From contig CAVQUB010000015.1 of assembly GCA_963716725.1 (NCBI GenBank), positions 32,001-96,000 on the forward strand: 64,000 bases of DNA. The letters run 5' to 3'. A program made the position numbers and the translations under genes. Numbering within the stretch: the stretch's first letter is position 1; each line of letters begins with the position of its first letter. The notes under the pieces are model-generated. The model did not search any database and had not been told where the DNA came from. It saw only the letters and a program-made list of their open reading frames with translations. The stretch is from an uncultured delta proteobacterium. Lineage in GTDB: Bacteria > Myxococcota_A > Polyangia > Polyangiales > Polyangiaceae. This document shows, piece after piece, positions 21,910-34,488 of this stretch.

Positions 21910-22548
21910 TCACTTTCGAGGGGAGCGCAGCTTCTCTTGCAGGTCTCGGGCTTCGCCCCTGCTGTCTCCGCTCGGGAACCGAAGCAGGTGCTCATCGAGC
22001 ATGCGCAGGGCGCGCGCGCGATCGTTCCTCGCTTCGGCCCGAATGCGCCGCATCGACTCCGCCTCCATCAGCGTGGCTGCGGTCCCGATCCGAACGTCGC
22101 CCAAACTCCGACTCGGTGCCGGCGGTCGCACCACGCCCTCGACAGTCACCTCCGGCGCGGTCGTCGCCGGGGCGGCGGAGGCGCGGGGTCGCGCCGAGAC
22201 CCCTGCGGGCGCGGCCACCGCGGCCACCGATTGCCCCGATGGGGGCTGGTGCTTCGGCGCCGTGAGCTCGGTGCCTACCCAGGTCGCGGCGGTTCCGAGC
22301 ACGACACCCGCGCCGATCCACTTGACGAAGAGCAGCGTGAGACCCGAGCTGAGTTTGCCGCCCGCGCCTCCCGCGCCCGCCACACCCGCTCCGACCGACG
22401 CAGCGGACGCGGCGAGCGCGAGCTCGAGCACCCGCGCCCGGGCTCTCTCGCGGGCCTCCGGGGTCGGCTGTTCGTCGGAGCCCGATAGGAGCAACTCCCG
22501 CTCGAAGCCCGACCCGAATCTATCGACTAGGCGCTTGGGATCAACCAC
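21910..22548 (-). CDS. Putative membrane anti-sigma factor
   Basis: Overlaps the ECF sigma stop; one TM helix, Pro/Ala linker and a C-terminal TPR-like helix pair (ALRMLDEHLLRFPSG). Confidence 0.7.
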   Translation of the reverse strand: MVDPKRLVDRFGSGFERELLLSGSDEQPTPEARERARARVLELALAASAASVGAGVAGAGGAGGKLSSGLTLLFVKWIGAGVVLGTAATWVGTELTAPKHQPPSGQSVAAVAAPAGVSARPRASAAPATTAPEVTVEGVVRPPAPSRSLGDVRIGTAATLMEAESMRRIRAEARNDRARALRMLDEHLLRFPSGDSRGEARDLQEKLRSPRK

Positions 22549-23141
22549 GCGAACCTCGCTTTCTCGCGGCGACCGCCCGCACGAATCGGGCTCGCGCCCG
22601 GCGCAATCGCGAGGCGGTGGTGCCTCGGGGGATGTCTAGAAGCTCTGCAATCTCGGTCAACGTCATGCCTTCGATTCTCGAAGAGCACGAACACACTCCG
22701 CTCGTCTTGGTCCAGATCGCCGAGCGCGTCGTCGAGCAGCGCGAGGCGTTGCCGCTGGTCGAGGGCCTGCTCGGGCGAGGTCGATGCGCTGAGCCGCGAT
22801 TCGTCGAGGGGCACGTGGCGCGCCGAACTGCTCGCCTGACGCCGGTGGTGCGACTTGGCGACGCGCAGGGCGGTGCCGTAGAGGTAGCTCTGCTCGGACC
22901 CAGCCTCGATCTCGTGAATGCGCCGCGCAGCCACCATGAAGACCTCTTGGGCGGCGTCGTCCGCGGCATCCGCCGAGACTCCCAGGCGCCGTAGCAAGCG
23001 CCAAATTGGGTCGAACCCGTCGCGCATCATGCGTGACAGGCGCTCCACTTCGGCGGGGGCAGCGGACTTGGCCATGGGCGCGTCGTTCTCGAGGGTGCCC
23101 GAGGAGACGGCTCCTGTCCTGGTCAATGCGACGGCGGTCAT
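22541..23141 (-). CDS. ECF sigma-70 factor; one frameshift near 22678
   Basis: Region 2 IWRLLRRLG...DDAAQEVF; region 4 EGMTLTEIAELLDIPRGTTASRLRRAR lies in the next frame. Confidence 0.9.
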
Positions 23142-23254
23142 GGCCTGTATCGCGTTGATGCTCCGAGGCCAGCGGCCGGATCACGAAATCGTCACCGACC
23201 GGGCCGGCGCCGGCCGCCCAACCCCCGCGCCGAGCGCCGTGTTACGGTCCGGGC

Positions 23255-25982
<2,728 letters not shown>

Positions 25983-26188
25983 GGCTCAGCGCGCGCGCGT
26001 GGGCGACCTGGGCGCTCGGCAATTCGGTCTGCACCAGCTCGGAGTAGTGATCGGCGTCCAGCAGGAGCTTGACGCTCGCCTGCCGCGTTTCACCGGTCGT
26101 GCGAGTCAGCGGTCGCTTGGCCATGATCGGCGGTACAGGGTGGCATGATGCTTGGGCCGGCGCTCGAACCGATCTAGGCTCGCGCGCC

Positions 26189-27088
26189 TTGCTTCGCGTC
26201 CACGCTGCGCTCGTGTTGGTGCAGATCCTGTTCGGTCTGTGGCCCGTGGCCGGAAGCGCGGTGATGCAGCACATGAGCCCGGCGGCGCTGATCGGCTTCC
26301 GCCTGATGCTCGGCGCCCCGCTCTTGGCCCTGGCCGCCGGCCTGCCCTGGCAGCGCCCGCCCGCGGCCGGGGATCTCGCGCGGCTGGCGCTGCTCGGCGC
26401 CCTCGGCATCAGCGCAAATCAGCTCTTGTTCGCCGAGGGGCTGTACCGCGCCGGACCCATCAACGCCTCGCTCTCGATCCTGCTGATGCCCGCCCTCACC
26501 CTGTTGATCACCGCGGCGCTGGGCATCGAGCGGCCACGCGCCGGTCGGCTCGTCGGCGTCGCGCTCTCCTTCGCCGGAGCGGCGCTGCTGCTTCGGATCG
26601 ATCGCTTCGATCTCGGCGACCGTACCACGGTCGGCAACCTGATGTTGCTCGGGAACATCAGCGCGTACTCGATCTACATCGTCGCCGCGCGGCCGATGCT
26701 GGCCCGGCTCGGCTCGCTGCGGACCATGGCGTGGGTGTTCGTCTTTGGTGCCCTCGAGGCGGCGCCGCTGACGGTCCTCGACATGACGCGCGTGCGCTGG
26801 CTGGAGCTGCCGGCCGGTACGCATGCGTCTCTGGTGTTCATTCTGCTCGGCGCCACCATCGCCACCTATCTGCTCAACGCCTACGCCCTGCGGCGGGTCG
26901 AGAGCAGCACGGTCGCGGTCTACGTCTACGTGCAGCCGGTCATCGCGGTGATTGCGGCCTGGGTTTGGCTCCATCAGGCGCCAACGGCCCGGACGCTGGT
27001 GGCCGGTCTGGTGATCGTCGCGGGGGTCGCGCTGTCGAGCGATTTGGCCTCCGCGCTGCGCAAGAGTAGCGCTTCAGGCGAGGCGTAG
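26189..27088 (+). CDS. DMT/EamA-family transporter
   Basis: About 10 TM in two repeats, YVQPVIA motif; start uncertain (TTG 26189 or ATG 26123). Confidence 0.88.
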   Translation: MLRVHAALVLVQILFGLWPVAGSAVMQHMSPAALIGFRLMLGAPLLALAAGLPWQRPPAAGDLARLALLGALGISANQLLFAEGLYRAGPINASLSILLMPALTLLITAALGIERPRAGRLVGVALSFAGAALLLRIDRFDLGDRTTVGNLMLLGNISAYSIYIVAARPMLARLGSLRTMAWVFVFGALEAAPLTVLDMTRVRWLELPAGTHASLVFILLGATIATYLLNAYALRRVESSTVAVYVYVQPVIAVIAAWVWLHQAPTARTLVAGLVIVAGVALSSDLASALRKSSASGEA

Positions 27089-27108
27089 AGTCTGACATTA
27101 TCCGCCCC

Positions 27109-28428
<1,320 letters not shown>

Positions 28429-28442
28429 AGAGGGAGCGCCGG

Positions 28443-29150
28443 ATGGCCAAAGCATTCGAGACCTGGACGGTGTTGCCTCACGGCGACTGGAACGAGCACG
28501 CGGAGAACCTTCGCTCGGTCACCGGCGCGATCCCCGGCATGCCGCTCGAGCGGCGCATGACCGTGGTGAAGCGCGGCGATGGACGCTTGGTCGTCCACAA
28601 CCCGGTGGCGCTGGACGACGCGGGCATGGCGGCGCTCGAGGCCTGGGGAACGCCGGCGCTGCTGGTGGTGCCCAACGGCTACCACCGACTCGACGCGGCC
28701 AACTTCCGCCGACGGTATCCGGACGCTCGCGTGGTGTGCCCGCGGGGCGCGAAGAAGAAAGTGGAAGCCGTCGTTCCGGTGGACCTCGACTACGCGGTCG
28801 TGCCCGCGGACGACGCGGTGAGCTTTGAGCACCTCGACGGGGTGGGCGAGGCGGAGGGAGTGCTGACGGTGCGCTCCGCGGACGGCGTGACCCTGATCTT
28901 CAACGACGTGCTGTTCAACGTGGACAAGCTGCCCGGGTTCACCGGCTTCGTGATGGGGCTGATGGGGTCCACCGGCGGCCCGAAGGTCACCTTGGTCGGC
29001 CGCCTCCTCGTGGTGAAGAGCAAGGCGGCCCTGCGCGCCCACCTCGAACGCTTGGCCACCCCCGATCTCCGGCGCCTGATCCCCGGCCACGGGGCCGTGA
29101 TCGAGGCCGGGGCCCCCGAGGTCCTGCGCGGAGTGGCCGGCACCCTGTAG
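28443..29150 (+). CDS. Degenerate metallo-beta-lactamase-fold protein (DUF4336-like)
   Basis: RMTVV, VHNPV, VPNGYHRLD, LIFND and IPGHG. Confidence 0.75.
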   Translation: MAKAFETWTVLPHGDWNEHAENLRSVTGAIPGMPLERRMTVVKRGDGRLVVHNPVALDDAGMAALEAWGTPALLVVPNGYHRLDAANFRRRYPDARVVCPRGAKKKVEAVVPVDLDYAVVPADDAVSFEHLDGVGEAEGVLTVRSADGVTLIFNDVLFNVDKLPGFTGFVMGLMGSTGGPKVTLVGRLLVVKSKAALRAHLERLATPDLRRLIPGHGAVIEAGAPEVLRGVAGTL

Positions 29151-29218
29151 ATTTGGGGTTGCCGCAGCCGTGTGGTCAGTGGTAGTTATATATCCTACCT
29201 GAACGGGAGGCTCCAACC

Positions 29219-30907
29219 ATGTCGCTCCGCCGCCTTGCTTCGTTTGCCGCCGTGGTCCCTGCGTTGCTGTTGGCGTGCTCGTCGAGTGACGGAGGGTCGC
29301 CGGGCGGGGGAGAGGCGACCAACCCGTTCCTGGACGATCAGACGCCGTCGGGCAAGGCCGACACCGCGTACATGAACCCAGACGGCATCGAGGTCGAGGT
29401 CGACATCGAGGCCGACGTCGAGGCCCCCACCTATCGCCTGCTCGAGTCGCCGGCGTTCGTCGCGCAGTTTGCGACCACCTACCTGCGCGAGCGCAAGGAG
29501 TTCTACCTCGAGTCCCTCGCCGAGGACACGACCTCGAAGAACCGCGTCGAGTGGTTGGTGGACGGGAACTGGATCACCGCCGGCGAAGCGGCGAGCGCCG
29601 ACAAGACCAAGCTCAAGCGCTTCCGCATCAAGGGCGTGAACGCAGTGCTGCTCCACGAGGCGCGTCAGGGCGTGAGCCAGGGCACCGTGTTCGAGGCTGA
29701 GGTCCCAATCAAGCCCTTCTCGGTCATGAGCGAAGCCGGAGACAAATGCGCGACTTACGACTCGCACATGCCCCTCAGCCAGTCGGTGTACTGGTACCTC
29801 TGGAACCCGGAGAAGTCGGGCTGCGCGCTGCCCACCCAGCAGCTGAAGTTGACCGTGTCCAAGATGTTCGCGGAGTCTCACAAGACCTATCCCGAGTTCG
29901 ACCAACTCACCGCCGACGGCAAGGTCACCGCCGTGGTGCTGTTCGGACAGATCGGCGACGGCCCCATCGACGATTCGGAGACCGGCGTCCGTAACATGAA
30001 GACCATGGGCAACTGGCTGAAGCAGGGCGGCTACAGCGAGATCACTCCGGCGCCAGTGGGCCGGCGTTTCTCCAAGCGCCTCGGCCAGGTCGACTTCGAG
30101 ATCGACCTGTATTCGCCCACCGACTTCGCCGGGCTCTCGGATCACGCCAACTTCCCCAACTTCCAGAAGGCGCTCAGCGAGCACGAGATCATCGTCTACG
30201 ACGGACACAGCATGCTCGGTGCCAGCGATTTCTGGTCGAAGCCGACGTACCCGGACTTCTACCAGATCTACATTTACGGCGGCTGCCTCGGCTACGAGTA
30301 CTACGTGCGCCCGATCCTCGAGGGCAAGAAGGGCTGGGACAAGCTCGATCTGGTCTCGAGCGTGATCGAGGTCAGCGCCGACGCGAACGAGATCGCCGGA
30401 CCGGTGTTTGCCAAGATCGCCTGGGGGCTCGAGCACAACAACAACGTGACGTGGCGCGATCTCTTGCTCGCGGTGCGCAACCGCGTGGGTGACTCGACCT
30501 TCGGAGCGAGCGGCGTCCGCGACAACTGCTACTCCCCGCAGGGTTCGCTCTGCAGCGGCACGGGCGGCACGGGCGGTGCCGGTGGCAGCGGCGGTACGGG
30601 CGGCGCCGGTGGCAGCGGCGGTTCGGCCGGCGGCGGCGGTTCGGCCGGCGGCGGCGGTTCGGCCGGCGGCGGCGGTTCGGCCGGCGGCGGCGGTTCGGCT
30701 GGCGGCGGCGGTTCGGCCGGCGGCGGCGGTTCGGCCGGCGGCGGCGGTTCGGCCGGCGGCGGCGGCGCGCCTTCGAGCACCGGTTCGTGCCAGGGGCACT
30801 GCGGCCAGGCGACCCCGGCTCCAAACAGCACTCCGGCCTGCTACTGCGACTCGTCCTGCGCCGGCTTCGGCGACTGCTGCGGCGACTACCAAGCGAAGTG
30901 CGGCTGA
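29219..30907 (+). CDS. Lipoprotein with putative His-Cys (clan CD-like) domain, Gly linker and C-terminal somatomedin-B-like domain
   Basis: SD ggagg, lipobox LLAC, GKAD, IIVYDGHS...YIYGGC, and C-terminal SCQGHC...CYCDSSC..GDCC.DY..C. Confidence 0.8.
   Translation: MSLRRLASFAAVVPALLLACSSSDGGSPGGGEATNPFLDDQTPSGKADTAYMNPDGIEVEVDIEADVEAPTYRLLESPAFVAQFATTYLRERKEFYLESLAEDTTSKNRVEWLVDGNWITAGEAASADKTKLKRFRIKGVNAVLLHEARQGVSQGTVFEAEVPIKPFSVMSEAGDKCATYDSHMPLSQSVYWYLWNPEKSGCALPTQQLKLTVSKMFAESHKTYPEFDQLTADGKVTAVVLFGQIGDGPIDDSETGVRNMKTMGNWLKQGGYSEITPAPVGRRFSKRLGQVDFEIDLYSPTDFAGLSDHANFPNFQKALSEHEIIVYDGHSMLGASDFWSKPTYPDFYQIYIYGGCLGYEYYVRPILEGKKGWDKLDLVSSVIEVSADANEIAGPVFAKIAWGLEHNNNVTWRDLLLAVRNRVGDSTFGASGVRDNCYSPQGSLCSGTGGTGGAGGSGGTGGAGGSGGSAGGGGSAGGGGSAGGGGSAGGGGSAGGGGSAGGGGSAGGGGSAGGGGAPSSTGSCQGHCGQATPAPNSTPACYCDSSCAGFGDCCGDYQAKCG
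30620..30763. repeat. Coding tandem repeat, 18 bp x8
   Basis: Unit ggttcggccggcggcggc (GSAGGG), near perfect. Confidence 0.95.
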
Positions 30908-30970
30908 GCGGCGCCTGAAGAGTGGAAGAACGGCCCCAACTGTTTCGGAGTGAGGCCCGACCCCACGGGG

Positions 30971-31466
30971 ATGGCCCAGGAAGGGCGAAAGCTCGGAAGA
31001 TTTGGGGATGGGACGGACGAGGTGATCGGTGCGCTGATCGAGGTGCATCGGCATCTCGGTCCAGGGCTGATGGAATCCGCATACGAGGCCTGTCTGTCTG
31101 CCGAGCTGTCCGAACGACGGCTCAAGTTCGAGCGGCAGCGACCGCTACCAATCCGCTACAAAGGCGTGCACCTTGACTGCGCCTATCGCCTCGACCTGGT
31201 CGCTTCCAGATCATATCCTCCTGGAGCTCGAGGCGGTCGAGCGGCTGCTCCCGATTCACGAAGCGCAGGTCATCACCTATCTGCGCCTTTCGCAGTTGCG
31301 TGTCGGCCTGCTCGTCAACTTCAACGTGACCGCGCTCAGAAATGGCCTGCGGAGGCTCACGCCTGACCACCCCAAATCCTTCCGGTCTTCCGCCCTTCCT
31401 GTGAGAGCCCCAATGAGCGCGGGTCTCAGGGGCGAATCCACTCGAACTTCAGCCGCGCGGCACTAG
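30971..31466 (+). pseudogene. GxxExxY-family protein (PD-(D/E)xK nuclease-like), frameshifted near 31208
   Basis: VIGALIEVHRHLGPGLMESAYE and YRLDLV, then in the next frame ILLELEAVE...HEAQVITYL...GLLVNFN; the frameshift could also be an assembly error. Confidence 0.8.
30977..31401. mobile_element. Putative small element: imperfect inverted repeats (30977-31007 and 31370-31401) enclosing the GxxExxY core
   Basis: Left caggaagggcgaaagctcggaag-atttgggg versus reverse complement of right caggaagggcggaagaccggaaggatttgggg, 28 of 32 identical. The repeat is seen; mobility is inferred. Confidence 0.5.
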
Positions 31467-31624
31467 GCGAGCCACACGGCGGCATGAGCGAGAACACTGG
31501 CTGCAATCGTGGCGATGAGCTGGCGGCGCTGGGCCTGCGCTGACCCCGCTCAGCGCGCGCGCCGGTAACCGTCGCGTTCCTCCCAGACGAGCTCCGTGCC
31601 GGGACAGCGGAGCCCCCTGGCGCG

Positions 31625-31653
31625 AGCTTCGCTGACTTGCTATCAGTGAAGCT
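31625..31653. promoter_or_regulatory. Imperfect palindrome, candidate TetR operator
   Basis: agcttcgctga-N7-tcagtgaagct (10 of 11 paired) abuts the TetR start codon. Confidence 0.6.
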
Positions 31654-32287
31654 GTGTCAGTGAAGGTGCAGGGACCAAGGGCCCAAAAGAAGGCGGAAAC
31701 CAGGGAAGCACTCAAGGCTGCGGCCCGGCACTGCTTTGCCGAGGCGGGCTACGCGGCGACCCAGATCGGGGACATCACCCGGCAAGCCCGGGTCGCGCAC
31801 GGCACCTTCTACGTGCACTTCCAGACCAAGGAGCAGCTCACCGACGAGCTTCTGGTCGAGCACAACCGGGCCCTGGTCGAGCGCCTCGACGCGACCTGGC
31901 ACAAACACGCTTCCGAGCCTCCGCTCGATTCTGGCGCAGGCCGTGGCCGAGGCCTGTCTCGATCACTGGTCGCGCGAGCGCGAACTGCTCGCGGCGTTTG
32001 CGGAGCGACTCGGCGCAACTTCCGGGCCCGACACGCTTCGCGATGGCATCAGCCCGCCGGTCGCCGCCTTCTTGGCCCTGCGCCTGCGGGCCGTCGCGGG
32101 TGAGATCCCCGACGCCGAGCTGGTGACCCAGGCGCTGCTCGGCATGTGGATCCGGATCGGGCTGCGATACGTGTTCGGCCCCCGCATCCCGAAGAAGACC
32201 GCCGCGGCGCTCCTCGCGCGGCTCTCCCTGGGCGCGCTCGGAGCGGTCGTGCCCGCTCTCGCGCCGATCCAACGAAGTGAGAGGTGA
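31654..32287 (+). CDS. TetR/AcrR-family regulator; one frameshift near 31920
   Basis: HTH FAEAGYAATQIGDITRQARVAHGTFYVHFQTKE; the helical C-domain continues in ORF 31736..32287. Confidence 0.88.
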
Positions 32288-32290
32288 GCC

Positions 32291-32419
32291 ATGAACCAGG
32301 CCCAAATGATCGACGCCCACAGCCTGATCCGAGACCCGTGCGAACCGTGCAGAGCGTACCTGGCCAATGAGCCGCGCAGGCTGCCGGAGTTTTCGACCGG
32401 TGGGGCCTCGCGGCGCTGA
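32291..32419 (+). CDS. Possible 42-aa small ORF or 5' gene remnant
   Basis: SD-like gagaggtga, ATG 3 nt after the TetR stop; MNQAQMIDAHSLIRDPCEPC... Confidence 0.35.
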   Translation: MNQAQMIDAHSLIRDPCEPCRAYLANEPRRLPEFSTGGASRR

Positions 32420-32445
32420 TTTGGGACGATCTGGGCAGAGCCGGA

Positions 32446-33591
32446 TCATGGACCTGATCGAAGGTCTGCTCTCGGCGCCGCCAGTGGCCTCGGCGCGGTC
32501 GTGAGGCGATCGGCGATGCGACGGTGCACTGCCGGCATCGCGAGGGCGTCGAGGTCGCCCTTGCGTCGGAAACCGAAGGCAGCGCCGTCGGGCTTCGACC
32601 GGGTGGTGCAGCGGAATACGTCGAGGGTGATGCGATAGCGGGTGATGGAGTGCTTCAGGCTTCGCTCGAGCTCGTAGCTGAGCGCGCGCGTGCCGAGCGC
32701 GCGGGCCAACCCCGCTTCGGGGGCCTCGCCGGGACGGAGCTCCGCGTGCGGGAAGCACCACAGGCCTGGCCAGCGTGCTGCGTCTTCGGGGAGCTGCATC
32801 ACGAGGACTTGCCCGCGCTGCTCGACGATGGCCGCGACGCCGTGCACGCGGAGCGTCTGCGCCCGGGCGGCCGCCTCCGGCAGCTCGGTTTGACGGCTCG
32901 TCGCTCGGGCGACGCAGCGCGCCCGCCAGGGGCAGCGCTCGCAGCTCGGGCTCTTGGGCGTGCAGACCGTGGCGCCGAGCTCCATCAACGCCTGGTTGAA
33001 GTCGCCGGCCCGAGCGCCCGGGACCAAGCGTTCGGCGAGCCGCCAGAGCTCCGCCCGCAGCGGGTTCTTCTTGGGATCGCCCCCGAGCCCGAAGCGCCGG
33101 CAGAGCACCCGCTCGACGTTGCCGTCGACGATGGCCGCGCGCCGGCCGTGCGCGATGCTCGCGATGGCGCCGGCGGTGTAGGGCCCCACGCCCGGCAACG
33201 CGGCGAGCTCGGGGACGCTCGCCGGGATCTGCCCGGCGTGGCTCTCGACCACCACGCGCGCGGCAGCCAACAGGCTCTTCGCGCGCGAGTAGTAGCCGAG
33301 CCCCTGCCAGGCGTGCAGCACGTCGTCCGGATCCGCGCTCGCCAAGCGTTGCACGTCGGGAAAGCGTCGCATCCAGCGCTGGTAGTAAGGAATGGCGGTG
33401 GCGACCTGGGTCTGCTGGAGCATGACCTCGCTGACCCAGATCGCGTAGGGATCCCGGGTGCGTCGCCAGGGCAGGTCGCGCGCGTGTTTGGCGTACCAGC
33501 CGAGCAGGCCGCGCCTCAGTCCCGCGACCTCAGCGGATGAGAGCGAGGTTGGCTTGTCGGGTTTTGCGTCGTGCCAGTCGGTGTCGCTCAC
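32446..33591 (-). CDS. mutY: A/G-specific adenine glycosylase
   Basis: RDLPWR, WVSEVMLQQTQV, WQGLGYYSRA, HhH LPGVGPYTA, VDGNV, Fe-S CxxxxxxCxxCxxxxxC and a NUDIX-like C-terminus. Confidence 0.96.
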   Translation of the reverse strand: MSDTDWHDAKPDKPTSLSSAEVAGLRRGLLGWYAKHARDLPWRRTRDPYAIWVSEVMLQQTQVATAIPYYQRWMRRFPDVQRLASADPDDVLHAWQGLGYYSRAKSLLAAARVVVESHAGQIPASVPELAALPGVGPYTAGAIASIAHGRRAAIVDGNVERVLCRRFGLGGDPKKNPLRAELWRLAERLVPGARAGDFNQALMELGATVCTPKSPSCERCPWRARCVARATSRQTELPEAAARAQTLRVHGVAAIVEQRGQVLVMQLPEDAARWPGLWCFPHAELRPGEAPEAGLARALGTRALSYELERSLKHSITRYRITLDVFRCTTRSKPDGAAFGFRRKGDLDALAMPAVHRRIADRLTTAPRPLAAPRADLRSGP

Positions 33592-34421
33592 GTCGCGCGC
33601 TCTCGACAGCGCTCGAGTTCGACGGGATCGTGGGCCGAAAATACCCTCACCTCGTCGGAGTTCTCGCGCACCAGGGTGCGAAGGCGCATCTGATTTCTGA
33701 GGCGCGCCTGGCCGTCGATCTCGACGATGCGTTGGAACACGTCGAGCAAGGGCGGGCAGCGTCGACGATCCGGCGCCATCTCCAGCCGGTGGAAGTAGGC
33801 GTCGCCCGCGTGCAGCAGCCACCCGCTCTTGCTCTGCACCGCGACTCCGGAGTGCCCTCGCGTGTGGCCGTGCAGCGGGATCAGCAAGATCTCGGGTGGC
33901 AGCCCGTCGAGATCGCGGACGCACTCGAAGCCGAACCATGGCTCGCCCTTGGCTTGGTACACCGCCCAATTCGGACCGTGCGCGAAGTGGGCCTTCGCGT
34001 AGCGGGTCCGTTCGATGCGGGTCTTCGGGTGCAAGACCGCCTCCTTCTCCAGCGCGTGCACGTGCAGCGTCGCCTGGGGAAAGTCGACGATGCCGCCCGA
34101 GTGATCGAGATCGCAGTGAGTGAGTACGATGTGGCGGACGTCGTCGCGGGAGAAGCCCAAGCCCTCGACCTGGCAGAGCGCGGTCTCGGCGGGGTCGCGC
34201 ACCGGCTGCGCGAACAGGAGGAACTCGCGTCCGAGCGTGCGCTCTGGGCTCTCGACGTCGCGGGTGCCGAGCCCCGCATCCACCAACACGAGCCCCTCGG
34301 AGGTCTCGATCAGCAGGCAATGGCAGACGAGCTTGGTCGGCGCGAAGAGCGACCCAGAGCCGCTGAGCAGCCGGCCCCCGTAGGGACACATGGTGGCGCA
34401 GTTCAGGTGATGGACCTTCAT
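33588..34421 (-). CDS. Metallo-beta-lactamase-fold hydrolase
   Basis: THCDLDHSGG (HxxxDH), GHTRGH, AGDAY and SAHD; stop overlaps the mutY start. Confidence 0.9.
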   Translation of the reverse strand: MKVHHLNCATMCPYGGRLLSGSGSLFAPTKLVCHCLLIETSEGLVLVDAGLGTRDVESPERTLGREFLLFAQPVRDPAETALCQVEGLGFSRDDVRHIVLTHCDLDHSGGIVDFPQATLHVHALEKEAVLHPKTRIERTRYAKAHFAHGPNWAVYQAKGEPWFGFECVRDLDGLPPEILLIPLHGHTRGHSGVAVQSKSGWLLHAGDAYFHRLEMAPDRRRCPPLLDVFQRIVEIDGQARLRNQMRLRTLVRENSDEVRVFSAHDPVELERCRERAT

Positions 34422-34488
34422 GGTGACGACTCGGGTCGCCGTACCACCGGAGGCCGCCCATCGGCAATGGATGCGCCGAAGATTTCCC

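Noticed and set aside
29150..29158. GATTTGGGG matching the inner end of the GxxExxY repeat arm
   Set aside because: Only 9 bp, without the GGAAG units; plausible by chance.
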